A stretch of DNA of 17,924 nt from Candidatus Eiseniibacteriota bacterium (GTDB lineage: Bacteria > Eisenbacteria > RBG-16-71-46 > JABDJR01 > JAWXBZ01). The stretch lies in assembly GCA_034440375.1 (NCBI GenBank), contig JAWXBZ010000031.1:1-17924 (forward strand). Reading direction: 5' to 3'. The position numbers were made by a program, and so were the translations under genes. This document shows, piece after piece, positions 8,061 to 16,472 of this stretch (its first letter is position 1; every line of letters starts with the position of its first letter). The notes under the pieces were generated by a model. That model had not been told where the DNA came from, did not search any database, and was given only the letters and a program-made list of their open reading frames with translations.

Positions 8061-10316
8061 TTAGCGGGTGCCGCCGAAGCCTTCGGTGCCACCGCGGTTC
8101 AGAACCACCTTCTGGTTCTTGATGACGCCATCGGCCTGCAGCTTGAAGAAGTAGAAGCCGCTGGGGGAGACGACGCCGCCGTCGCTGCGACCATCCCAGG
8201 TGACGCTGTGCGAGCCGGCATCCTGGACGCCGTCGAGCAGCGTGGCCACCTTGCGGCCCTGAATATCAAAGACAGCCAGGTGAACCGCACGGGACTGGCT
8301 CAGAGAAAATTCGAGGGTGGTGGAAGCATTGAACGGATTCGGGCGCGCACCGCGCAGCTCGGCGATGACCGGCCGGGAGCTGGCCGGCTCGAGGTTGATC
8401 GATCCGAGCCACTTGGTGATGCCGGAGCGCTCGACTTCCTGGAGCCAGTAGGTGGCGCCATCTTCCGGTGCCCCCTCGTCGACGAACTCGTACTCCGTGC
8501 GGCCGGACAGAATGCCGACGTTCAGGATGACACGGGCGCCGCCTTCGGTCTCGCGGAAGATGTTGAAGCCGAGATGATCATGCTCTTCAGTAACCGTCCA
8601 TGAGAGCTTCGCGCCGTTGCCTTCGCGAACGGCCTCGAACCTTGCCAGGACCACCGCAACCGCCTGGCAGCCATCCGGCAGGCCATTGCGGTCGTCATCC
8701 ACGTAATAGCTGACCGCACGCGTCCACCAGCGGCCGTCTTCGGTGACAGTGCCGACTGTCGTCGGGGTACCAGTCGTTCCGGCGTACTCGTGATAAGACC
8801 AGAAAATGCACGCATCCGGATCGACCACGGTGGCGCTGTAATCGCCCCAGCGATTGCGGGCGGCCGTGTTGCTGCTGAACGTACGGCGATAGAACGCATT
8901 GCCGCTGGCATACACCGTCAGCGGATTCAGGAAGCCCGGAGGATCAGCCGCCGAGCGGGTCGTGTAGGCCGCGCTGGCAAACGTCGTGGGGGAACCGATG
9001 CCGACGCAGATGGCCATGTTGCCCAGCTTGTCGACGCCGATACTCGGATAGTTGGTCCATGCGGAGACGCTGACTTCTTCGCCGCCGATATCACCCTGGT
9101 CCACCACAGTCCCCGCGCCGGTGGTGATGGCTTCCTTCACCCAGTGGGCGGTGTTCTGCCCGGCATTGACGCCGACCGGGGGATTCACATGAAAGACGCC
9201 GTAAATGTGCCCGTTCCGCCAGAGCGCCGCCAGGCAGCGCCGGTCACCGGTGTCGATGCGCGTGGCGGTGTTGATGCTGCCCGGCTGGTTGCCGCGGGGA
9301 AGGGTGCCCGAAGCGATATCGATGTCACCCATGGCCGCCTGATCACCCGTGAAAACGGGGACTCCGGTCGGATTGTCGACCCGAATGGTCTGGAAGAACT
9401 CGAGACCGCCGATGCCGGGAGCAGATGTCAGGCCGGAGTAGAGGCACAGGTACGTTCCTACGCCCACGGGCGGGGTACCGAACATCTGGGCCGGCTGCAT
9501 CGTGCTGTTCGGGAAGCCGCTGGCCGCGGCCGCGTCGAACGGCGAGCCGGGATTGAGCGTCAACGCGCCGCCGGAATAGAACGGCGCCTTGTTGAGGATC
9601 CAGAGGCGTGAAGCGGCACCCATGGTGCCCGGGTAGTTGAAGTAGTTACCGGTCACATAAATGACGTTCTGGTCGCAGGCCAAGCCCGGATAGTCGAACC
9701 AGTAGTCCGTTCCCGCGATGTTGATTTCCGAGTTGATCGCGGAAAAATACCAGGTGCCGTTCGGGTCGCTGTCATCTGACACCGCGAAGAGGAGCCTCGA
9801 TGTCATGGTGGCACCGCCGACCTGCTCCAGGGCCACCACGAAGAAGCGACCGCTGTACTGGTCGTAGATGATCTTCGGGTCGAACAGAGCGTTGACCGGA
9901 GTCAGCGAGTTGAAAAATGCATTGGTGATGGTGGCCACCTGCTTGCCGAGCGGCTGCTGGTTCTGCGGCGCGCCGCCGGTCTTCAAGTACCACTGGATCG
10001 AACAGTTCACGATCGTGACGATATGGTTCGGCCCAACGGCCGCGTGCGGATCGGGCGGAATGAAGAGGAATCCGCCATTCAGGGCCGGCATCTCTTCGAA
10101 CTTCACGCTCTCGATCGTATTCTGCTGGACGGCCGGCAGATCCGTATCCTCGGCACCGAGAACGCCGACATTGAAGCCCCATTCGGCGTTTCCATCGATG
10201 CCCGGCTCGTAGTTGTAACCATCGAGCTCAGGCGTCGCGACCGGTGGACCGGCCACGGCTGCGGAAAACGCAACAAGCGTTCCCGCGACGATTCCGAAAA
10301 GTACCCTTTTCTTCAT
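8061..10316 (-). CDS. Secreted protein (751 aa) with an uncharacterised N-terminal domain and a C-terminal FlgD-Ig/T9SS type-A-like sorting domain
   Basis: Signal peptide MKKRVLFGIVAGTLVAFSAAVA; motifs PPDPHAAVGPNHIV, FDPKIIYD, DYP and RWGDYS; DDDRNGLPD; C-terminal PNPFNASTTLEFSL...VFDIQGRKVATL...VTWDG...SGFYFFKL. GGGGG SD upstream. Confidence 0.85.
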   Translation of the reverse strand: MKKRVLFGIVAGTLVAFSAAVAGPPVATPELDGYNYEPGIDGNAEWGFNVGVLGAEDTDLPAVQQNTIESVKFEEMPALNGGFLFIPPDPHAAVGPNHIVTIVNCSIQWYLKTGGAPQNQQPLGKQVATITNAFFNSLTPVNALFDPKIIYDQYSGRFFVVALEQVGGATMTSRLLFAVSDDSDPNGTWYFSAINSEINIAGTDYWFDYPGLACDQNVIYVTGNYFNYPGTMGAASRLWILNKAPFYSGGALTLNPGSPFDAAAASGFPNSTMQPAQMFGTPPVGVGTYLCLYSGLTSAPGIGGLEFFQTIRVDNPTGVPVFTGDQAAMGDIDIASGTLPRGNQPGSINTATRIDTGDRRCLAALWRNGHIYGVFHVNPPVGVNAGQNTAHWVKEAITTGAGTVVDQGDIGGEEVSVSAWTNYPSIGVDKLGNMAICVGIGSPTTFASAAYTTRSAADPPGFLNPLTVYASGNAFYRRTFSSNTAARNRWGDYSATVVDPDACIFWSYHEYAGTTGTPTTVGTVTEDGRWWTRAVSYYVDDDRNGLPDGCQAVAVVLARFEAVREGNGAKLSWTVTEEHDHLGFNIFRETEGGARVILNVGILSGRTEYEFVDEGAPEDGATYWLQEVERSGITKWLGSINLEPASSRPVIAELRGARPNPFNASTTLEFSLSQSRAVHLAVFDIQGRKVATLLDGVQDAGSHSVTWDGRSDGGVVSPSGFYFFKLQADGVIKNQKVVLNRGGTEGFGGTR

Positions 10317-10739
10317 AACTGCCCCCGGGGGTGGGATCTTGCGGTTGACCGTTCCCGGATGGGAACAATCAGCGACCAGAACAGAACAGAAACTGGATTT
10401 GGAATTTCGGAATGACGGTGGGAATGCCGGTTGGTGCCGGACAAGTGACGGGCCCTCCGCGATGTCGATCAGGCTGCACCCGGTTGAGCCACAAAGCCTA
10501 ACGGAACGGGTGAGCGGCGTTCAGGACGTTGTATGGGCCGAACTCAATCGAGGAATGGACCGGCGGGAGGTCCGCATGCGACAACCCCGTGGAAATGCCC
10601 CGAAGGAGGAGAAGATTAGCACCTTGTGGCAACGGATCATCCCTTTTTCCTGTCCCATCCCACATTTTTCAGGACCCCGTAAGTTGCTCCGGAATTCAGG
10701 CGCCCGGCCTAAATTGTGTCCTCAATCCCTTGGCGCCTA

Positions 10740-10745
10740 TATAAT
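10740..10745 (+). promoter_or_regulatory. Consensus -10 box TATAAT, 6 nt before the ATG; probable leaderless promoter
   Basis: TATAAT-GTGCCC-ATG(10752), with no SD. Confidence 0.55.
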
Positions 10746-10751
10746 GTGCCC

Positions 10752-10952
10752 ATGCCAAACCCGCCCGGTGGAGACGACTTCCGCAAATTGGCCGAGTCCC
10801 CCCGCACGGGCTTCCTGGCCGAATTCTTCGGATTTCTCCGACAGAACCGCAAGTGGTGGATGCTGCCCATGTTGGCGGTGATCCTCCTGCTCGGGGCCCT
10901 CGTCCTCCTTGGCGGAACGCCGCTGGCGCCGTTCATTTATACCCTCTTCTAA
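10752..10952 (+). CDS. DUF5989 / SxtK-family small membrane protein, 66 aa
   Basis: The family signature FLAEFFGFLRQNRKWWMLP...LAPFIYTLF; this family usually accompanies SxtJ and a carbamoyltransferase. Confidence 0.9.
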   Translation: MPNPPGGDDFRKLAESPRTGFLAEFFGFLRQNRKWWMLPMLAVILLLGALVLLGGTPLAPFIYTLF

Positions 10953-10959
10953 TCGCGGA

Positions 10960-12747
10960 ATGAAACGGGCGGATCCGACGAGGGCGGAGCGGCGATCGAA
11001 CCGACCCGGCAGTCTCGGATTACCTTCGGTTGTCTGGCTGGTGGTTGCCATTGCGGCCTCATTCCTCCTGCATGCACGAGCGATCAACCACCCCTGGATA
11101 TCGGACGACCATGTCATTCTGAAGGACAATCCGACGCTCCGCCGCACCGAAGCCTCAACGCCCCTGCGGCTGATCGGCCTGGACTACTGGTCGGCCCTCG
11201 ATGCCGAAGGTCGCGCCTTTCCCCTGGTCGGCGATCGTAATCTGTACCGCCCGGCCACGACCATTTCCTACTGGATCAACGCGCGGTTGACCGGCATCAC
11301 GCCCGCCGGTCTCCGATCCGGAAATGTCCTGCTTCACGGCCTCGCCGCCGGCATCCTGGGACTGCTTTGCGCCGCGCTCTTTGGCGGACCCGCGGGATTG
11401 CTGGCCGGAGCCGCCGTACTGGCCCATCCCGTGGGAACCGACGTCATCAATCGAATCGTCGGGAGAGCCGATATCCTCGTGCTCGTCGGGATCGCCGGTT
11501 TCCTGCTCGTGGCGCGGCCGATCCCGGGGCGTGGCTGGTCTCCATTTCGGGTCGCGGCTGCCGCGCTCCTGGCATTGACCGCCCTCGGCGCCAAGGAGAC
11601 GGGGCTGGCACTCCTGCCGATTGCGGCCCTGCAAGCCTGGTTGAGCCGTCCCCCGGGAGCCCCCTGGGATCGGGTCCGCTGGATCGGCCCGGCCATCGCC
11701 CTCTCGGCCGGGATTCTGGTCCTCGGAGCACGCACCGCCTTCGTCGGCTGGCCGCGCTATGACCCGGTGCCCGGACTCGACCTGTTGATGAACCCCCTTT
11801 CGGGAATGGGATGGCTCGAACGATTGCCGGCCGCTCTTTCGCTCGGCTCCTGGTATGTCCAGCTTCTCGTCGCGCCCTGGCCGCTCTTGACGCTCGATCG
11901 GCCGGCGCGGCTTCCGGACTGGGGCTCACCAACGGTCTGGATCGGAGCGGTTGTCCTGGCGGGTATGCTCCTCCTTCTCATTCGTTCGGTGCGACGCCGT
12001 CACTTTTGGGGCCTCGCTGCCGTTTGGTGGCTCGCGATGTTCGCCCTCGTCGGCCAGATCCTCGCGCCGATCGGCACCTACCGGGAAGTGCGGATCGTGT
12101 ACCCCTTTCTCGGCAGCCTGGCCCTGGGGCTGGCCGGCGCATTCGCCCTGGTGCGGCCGCCGTGGCGTGGACCGGCCCGCGCCGCGGCAGCGATCGGCGT
12201 GGGCCTGCTGATGGTCCTCACCATCATCCGCACCGACAATTACGGCTCGGAAGTGGCTCTGTATGAAGCCGATGTCCGACACCACCCGGACTCACCGTTG
12301 ACGCATCTCATGCTTGGCGTCGTCTACAGCGAGGCCAATCGCGCAGGCGATGCGCGACGCGCGCGCGAAACGGCATTGAGCCTGGCCCCCGACTCGCCGC
12401 AAGCCCTGAACGAGGTGGCGGCCCTCGAGGTTCAGGCCGGCAACTTCCCCCGGGCGGAGGAACTGCTGTCGAAGGCACTGACCCTCGAGCCGCGACACAG
12501 CGTGGCCCTGATGAACCTGGGCAATCTTCGAGCCCAGCAGGATCGCCTGGAGGAGGCTCACGCGCTGTTGCTGCGTTCCGAAAGGCTGAACCCGGCTTAC
12601 AGCCTGATCCAGGTGAATCTCGCCCTGGTGGAGGCCCTTCTCGGGCGTCCGGCCGACGCGCTCCGGCGCGCCGACCTCCTTGGTCGCCAGAACCCGAATG
12701 ACCCCAACGTTGCGGCTATCCGGCGACTGGCAGGAGGCGCTCGTTGA
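10960..12747 (+). CDS. TMTC-like GT-C membrane glycosyltransferase with C-terminal TPR repeats, about 595 aa
   Basis: SDDHVILKDNP, LYRP, NVLLH, AHP...VGRAD and AKE, multiple TM segments, then about four TPR-like repeats. Starts 7 nt after the DUF5989 stop. Confidence 0.8.
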   Translation: MKRADPTRAERRSNRPGSLGLPSVVWLVVAIAASFLLHARAINHPWISDDHVILKDNPTLRRTEASTPLRLIGLDYWSALDAEGRAFPLVGDRNLYRPATTISYWINARLTGITPAGLRSGNVLLHGLAAGILGLLCAALFGGPAGLLAGAAVLAHPVGTDVINRIVGRADILVLVGIAGFLLVARPIPGRGWSPFRVAAAALLALTALGAKETGLALLPIAALQAWLSRPPGAPWDRVRWIGPAIALSAGILVLGARTAFVGWPRYDPVPGLDLLMNPLSGMGWLERLPAALSLGSWYVQLLVAPWPLLTLDRPARLPDWGSPTVWIGAVVLAGMLLLLIRSVRRRHFWGLAAVWWLAMFALVGQILAPIGTYREVRIVYPFLGSLALGLAGAFALVRPPWRGPARAAAAIGVGLLMVLTIIRTDNYGSEVALYEADVRHHPDSPLTHLMLGVVYSEANRAGDARRARETALSLAPDSPQALNEVAALEVQAGNFPRAEELLSKALTLEPRHSVALMNLGNLRAQQDRLEEAHALLLRSERLNPAYSLIQVNLALVEALLGRPADALRRADLLGRQNPNDPNVAAIRRLAGGAR

Positions 12748-12766
12748 CCTCGGCGCGTGACGTGCA

Positions 12767-12775
12767 TGCTAAAGT
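12767..12775 (+). promoter_or_regulatory. Extended -10 box (TGC-TAAAGT), 6 nt before the ATG; probable leaderless promoter
   Basis: TGCTAAAGT-TTGGCC-ATG(12782), with no SD. TTGACC lies upstream at 12744-12749. Confidence 0.5.
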
Positions 12776-12781
12776 TTGGCC

Positions 12782-13360
12782 ATGACGATGACCCGCGAGG
12801 ACAACCTGGAGCTGGTGCGGGAATACACGACGAATCCCGGCCTGATCAAGCACATGATTGCGGTTGAAGCCGCCATGAGGGCGATGGCGCGGGCCCGCGG
12901 CGAGGATCCCGAGCTCTGGGGAGCCGTCGGACTCTTGCACGACTTCGACTACGAACGCTGGCCGGACTTGACGGATCACACCGTCAAGGGCGCGGAGATA
13001 TTGCGTCTTCGTGGTTATCCCGAGGTCATCGTTCGCGCCATTCTCACGCACAATGACCACAATGGCCTGAATCTGCCCCGCGAATCCCCGCTCGAAACGG
13101 GACTGGCGGCCTGCGATGAACTTTGCGGTTTCATTACGGCCGTGACGCTGGTCCGCCCCGGGAAGAATATCGAGGAAGTCACCGCCGATTCGGTCCTGAA
13201 GAAGCTGAAGGACAAGGCCTTCGCCCGGCAGGTTAACCGTGAGGAGATCCGCCACGGGGCGGAGGCCTACGGCGTCGACCTCCGGGAACACATCAGTTTT
13301 CTCATTGACGCGCTCAAGCCCGCAGCCGTCGAGCTCGGCCTCGACGGTTCCGCGGCCTAG
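12782..13360 (+). CDS. HD-domain (HDIG-type) metal-dependent phosphohydrolase, about 192 aa
   Basis: KHMIAVEAAM, GLLHDFDYE, HTVKGAEIL, AILTH, ACDEL, KKLKDKAFA. Confidence 0.9.
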   Translation: MTMTREDNLELVREYTTNPGLIKHMIAVEAAMRAMARARGEDPELWGAVGLLHDFDYERWPDLTDHTVKGAEILRLRGYPEVIVRAILTHNDHNGLNLPRESPLETGLAACDELCGFITAVTLVRPGKNIEEVTADSVLKKLKDKAFARQVNREEIRHGAEAYGVDLREHISFLIDALKPAAVELGLDGSAA

Positions 13361-13399
13361 CCGATCTTACTTACCTGCGCCGACCGGAGTTCACCGCGG

Positions 13400-14887
13400 A
13401 TGACACGCCCAACGACTCTCGGAAGCCTGCGCGCTTCCGGTTACAACGATCTGACGGTCAAACAGGAAATGCGGCGAAACCTCCTCGCTTTCCTCAAGTC
13501 CGGCGAAATTCTCTTTCCAGGCATCATCGGCTATGACCGCACGGTCATCCCGCAGCTGGTCAATGCCATCCTGTCGAAGCACGACGTCATTCTCCTCGGC
13601 CTGCGGGGCCAGGCCAAGACGCGCCTGCTTCGCGGCCTGACGCGCTTCCTGGATGAATTCATTCCGGTGGTGTCCGGCAGCGAGATCAACGACCATCCGT
13701 ACCATCCGGTTTCGGCGCTCGGCCGCCGCACGTTGTCGGAACTCGGCGACGCCACCCCCATCGACTGGATTCATCGCGATCTCCGGTATCACGAGAAACT
13801 GGCCACGCCGGACGTGACGATCGCCGACCTGATCGGCGACATCGATCCCATCAAGGCCGCCTCGAGAAAGCTCGACTTCTCGAATGAAGAGGTCATCCAT
13901 TACGGCCTCGTTCCCCGGGCCAATCGTGGCATCTTCGCCATCAACGAACTACCGGACCTGGCACCCCGCATCCAGGTGGGCCTGCTCAATGTCCTGCAGG
14001 AAAAGGACGTCCAGATTCGCGGCTTCGACGTCCGCCTGCCGCTCGACGTGGCCATCGTCTTTTCGGCCAACCCGGAGGATTACACCAACCGCGGCAGCAT
14101 CATCACCCCGCTCAAGGACCGGATCGACAGCCAGATCATGACGCACTACCCGGAGGATCTGGCGACGGCCCTGGCCATCACCAACCAGGAAGCCTGGCTC
14201 GAGCGGGATGCGGGATCGAGACTCGTCGTCCCGGATTGGCTGCGCGAGATCATCGAGGAGATCGCGTTCCAGGCGCGCGACAGCGACTATGTCGACCAGA
14301 ACTCCGGCGTCTCGGCGCGCCTGTCGATCACCGCGCTGGAGAACGTTCTGTCGAACATGGAGCGGCGGGCGCTGAAGACGGGCGACAATCCGGTCGTGGC
14401 GCGAATCGCCGACCTCCAGGCGGCCGTTCCCTCGCTGACCGGCAAGATCGAACTGGTGTACGAGGGGGAACAGGAAGGGCCGATAAAGGTGGCCAAACAC
14501 CTGATCGGCCGGGCGGTCAAGGAAATCTTCGAGAGCCACTTCCCGCCGGCCCACCGCGGCAAGAAAAGCGCGGAAAAGGAAGAGGTGGCCACGAGCCCGT
14601 ACCGAAAGATTGTCGATTGGTTCAGCCAGGGGAAGAAGCTGGAAATCGGAGACGACGACCCGGCGGCCGACTACTTTGCCGCGCTGAACAAAGTGCCGGG
14701 CCTCAAGGATGCGGCTGTCAAGTTCACCGGCAGCGAAGACCCCGACCTGCTGGCCCCGACCATGGAGCTGATTCTCGAAGGGTTGCACCAGAGCGCCATC
14801 CTGGCCAAGGAAGAACTCGAGGGGCAGGTCCGATTCCTGGACATGTTCCAGACGATGCTTTCCAACCTCGGCGATCCGAAGCGCTGA
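13400..14887 (+). CDS. Mg-chelatase-subunit-like AAA+ ATPase (Rv0958-like family)
   Basis: Walker A GLRGQAKT, EKLATPD, ADLIGDIDPIKAA, Walker B variant IFAINELPDL, SANPEDYTNRG, and arginine finger PLKDR. Confidence 0.9.
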   Translation: MTRPTTLGSLRASGYNDLTVKQEMRRNLLAFLKSGEILFPGIIGYDRTVIPQLVNAILSKHDVILLGLRGQAKTRLLRGLTRFLDEFIPVVSGSEINDHPYHPVSALGRRTLSELGDATPIDWIHRDLRYHEKLATPDVTIADLIGDIDPIKAASRKLDFSNEEVIHYGLVPRANRGIFAINELPDLAPRIQVGLLNVLQEKDVQIRGFDVRLPLDVAIVFSANPEDYTNRGSIITPLKDRIDSQIMTHYPEDLATALAITNQEAWLERDAGSRLVVPDWLREIIEEIAFQARDSDYVDQNSGVSARLSITALENVLSNMERRALKTGDNPVVARIADLQAAVPSLTGKIELVYEGEQEGPIKVAKHLIGRAVKEIFESHFPPAHRGKKSAEKEEVATSPYRKIVDWFSQGKKLEIGDDDPAADYFAALNKVPGLKDAAVKFTGSEDPDLLAPTMELILEGLHQSAILAKEELEGQVRFLDMFQTMLSNLGDPKR

Positions 14888-14906
14888 GCGGTCAGCCACA
14901 TCACCC

Positions 14907-15992
14907 ATGAAATTTCGCTACTCCGAATGGGATGACGCGCTGGCGGACATGCTCCGCCAGTTCGAGACGCTTCGCTCCCTCTTCAACCATCTCCTCCTTC
15001 AGACGGACGGCGATGTGGAGGAGGCATTCCGATGGCTCGAATTCCTGAAGCAGAAAGGTATCCTGCCGCCCGGCTTCGATCTGGATGCTTTCCGCGCCGA
15101 AATGGAGAAGCAGGACATCATCCGCCAGGAAGGCGATCGGGCTGTCCTGACGAAGAAGGGTGAGCGCAGCATCCGTCAGGAAAGCCTTGACCTGATCTTT
15201 GGCCAGCTTCGGAAAGGCGCCGGAGGCGAACATCGAACCAGCCACACCGGCGAAGGGAGTGAGACGCTCCCCGAAAGCCGCGCCTACGTTTTTGGCGATT
15301 CGATTGCCGACCTCGACCAGATCCAGACGATCCGTTCGGCTCTGCGCCACGGCCTGGACGACATCAACATCACCGAGGATGACCTGCAGGTGCACGAAAA
15401 AGAGATGAGGACCAGCGTGGCCACCGTCCTTTGCCTCGATATCAGTCACAGCATGATCCTGTACGGTGAGGATCGCATCACGCCCGCGAAACGGGTGGCT
15501 CTGGCGCTGTCCGAGCTGATCCTGACCCGCTATCCCAAGGACAGCCTCGATATTCTGCTCTTCGGCGACGACGCGCGCGTCGTCCCACTTGAGGAACTGA
15601 CCTACAGCGGTGTCGGCCCGTACCACACCAACACCAAGGCCGCCCTGCAGCTGGCCCAGCGAATTCTGCGAACGAAGAAGCATGTCCAGAAGCAGATTTT
15701 CATGATCACCGACGGCAAACCCTCCGCCATGTTCGAGGAGGGACGCCTCTACAAGAATTCAATTGGCCTGGACCCTAAAATCGTCAACCGAACACTGGAC
15801 GAGGCCGTGGCCTGCCGCCGCAAGAACATCGCGATCACCACGTTCATGGTGGCCCAGGACCATGCCCTGGTCGAGTTCGTCGAGGAAATGACGCGCCTCA
15901 ACAAGGGACGGGCGTATTACACCGGCCTCGATAACCTCGGCGGATACGTCTTCGCGGACTTCGTCAGGAACCGCCGTCGCGTCGTCCGCTGA
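14907..15992 (+). CDS. von Willebrand factor A domain protein, partner of the AAA+ ATPase
   Basis: MIDAS motif DISHS, GPYHTNT and MITDGKP; directly downstream of the ATPase gene. Confidence 0.9.
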   Translation: MKFRYSEWDDALADMLRQFETLRSLFNHLLLQTDGDVEEAFRWLEFLKQKGILPPGFDLDAFRAEMEKQDIIRQEGDRAVLTKKGERSIRQESLDLIFGQLRKGAGGEHRTSHTGEGSETLPESRAYVFGDSIADLDQIQTIRSALRHGLDDINITEDDLQVHEKEMRTSVATVLCLDISHSMILYGEDRITPAKRVALALSELILTRYPKDSLDILLFGDDARVVPLEELTYSGVGPYHTNTKAALQLAQRILRTKKHVQKQIFMITDGKPSAMFEEGRLYKNSIGLDPKIVNRTLDEAVACRRKNIAITTFMVAQDHALVEFVEEMTRLNKGRAYYTGLDNLGGYVFADFVRNRRRVVR

Positions 15993-16218
15993 CGGTAGTT
16001 TTGTCCCGATTCGGGAGATCCTTCCCGATTGCGCCCATCGGGTGCCTCCTCTGCGAACGGCCCGTTCCGGCCATCTGAACATCGGCACGCGCCGCCGATC
16101 CCCGTAAGCCCAAGGGGAGCCACGCCCCGGTACGACCTTGCCCTCAACACCCCCGCCGTCGCACGATTTTTGCATGACCATCGAATATAGCCCGAATCGG
16201 GCCCGTTTGGGAGGAACC

Positions 16219-16452
16219 ATGAACACGTGCGATGTGTGCGGAAACACCTACGACAGGACATTCGAAGTGATCCAGGACGGCAAACGACATGTCTTCGACA
16301 GCTTTGAGTGCGCCATCCATGCCTTGGCACCCATCTGCGCCCATTGCAGCTGTCGTGTCATCGGACACGGGGTGCAGGACGAGGCAGACATCTACTGCTG
16401 CGTCCACTGTGCCGAAACGAGCGGCGTGACAGGTCTGCGTGATCGGCAATGA
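16219..16452 (+). CDS. Small Cys/His-rich metal-binding protein (metallothionein-like, tandem TRASH-like), 77 aa
   Basis: Strong GGAGG SD. CDVCGN...FDSFECAIH...CAHCSC...GHG...YCCVHC; 9 Cys and 5 His. Confidence 0.85.
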   Translation: MNTCDVCGNTYDRTFEVIQDGKRHVFDSFECAIHALAPICAHCSCRVIGHGVQDEADIYCCVHCAETSGVTGLRDRQ

Positions 16453-16472
16453 AAAATGAAGGAGGAGCGCCC

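Noticed and set aside
10377-10391. (CAGAA)3 microsatellite in the leader of the secreted-protein gene
   Set aside because: Three units are too few to suggest phase variation.
5663-10952. Saxitoxin biosynthesis cluster
   Set aside because: Only sxtI/J/K-like genes are present. sxtA, sxtG, sxtB and the other core genes are absent, and this trio is widespread outside toxin producers.
2943-15683. Long antisense or alternate-frame ORFs (for example 2943-4298, 5681-6892, 13949-14908, 14901-15683)
   Set aside because: They are shadows of well-supported genes in GC-rich DNA and have no recognisable motifs.
16004-16067. Short palindromes after the vWA gene (TCCCGA-T-TCGGGA, GCGCCC-ATC-GGGTGC, GAACGG-C-CCGTTC)
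   Set aside because: These are short GC-rich stems with 1-3 nt loops and no U-tract, and cannot be distinguished from chance.
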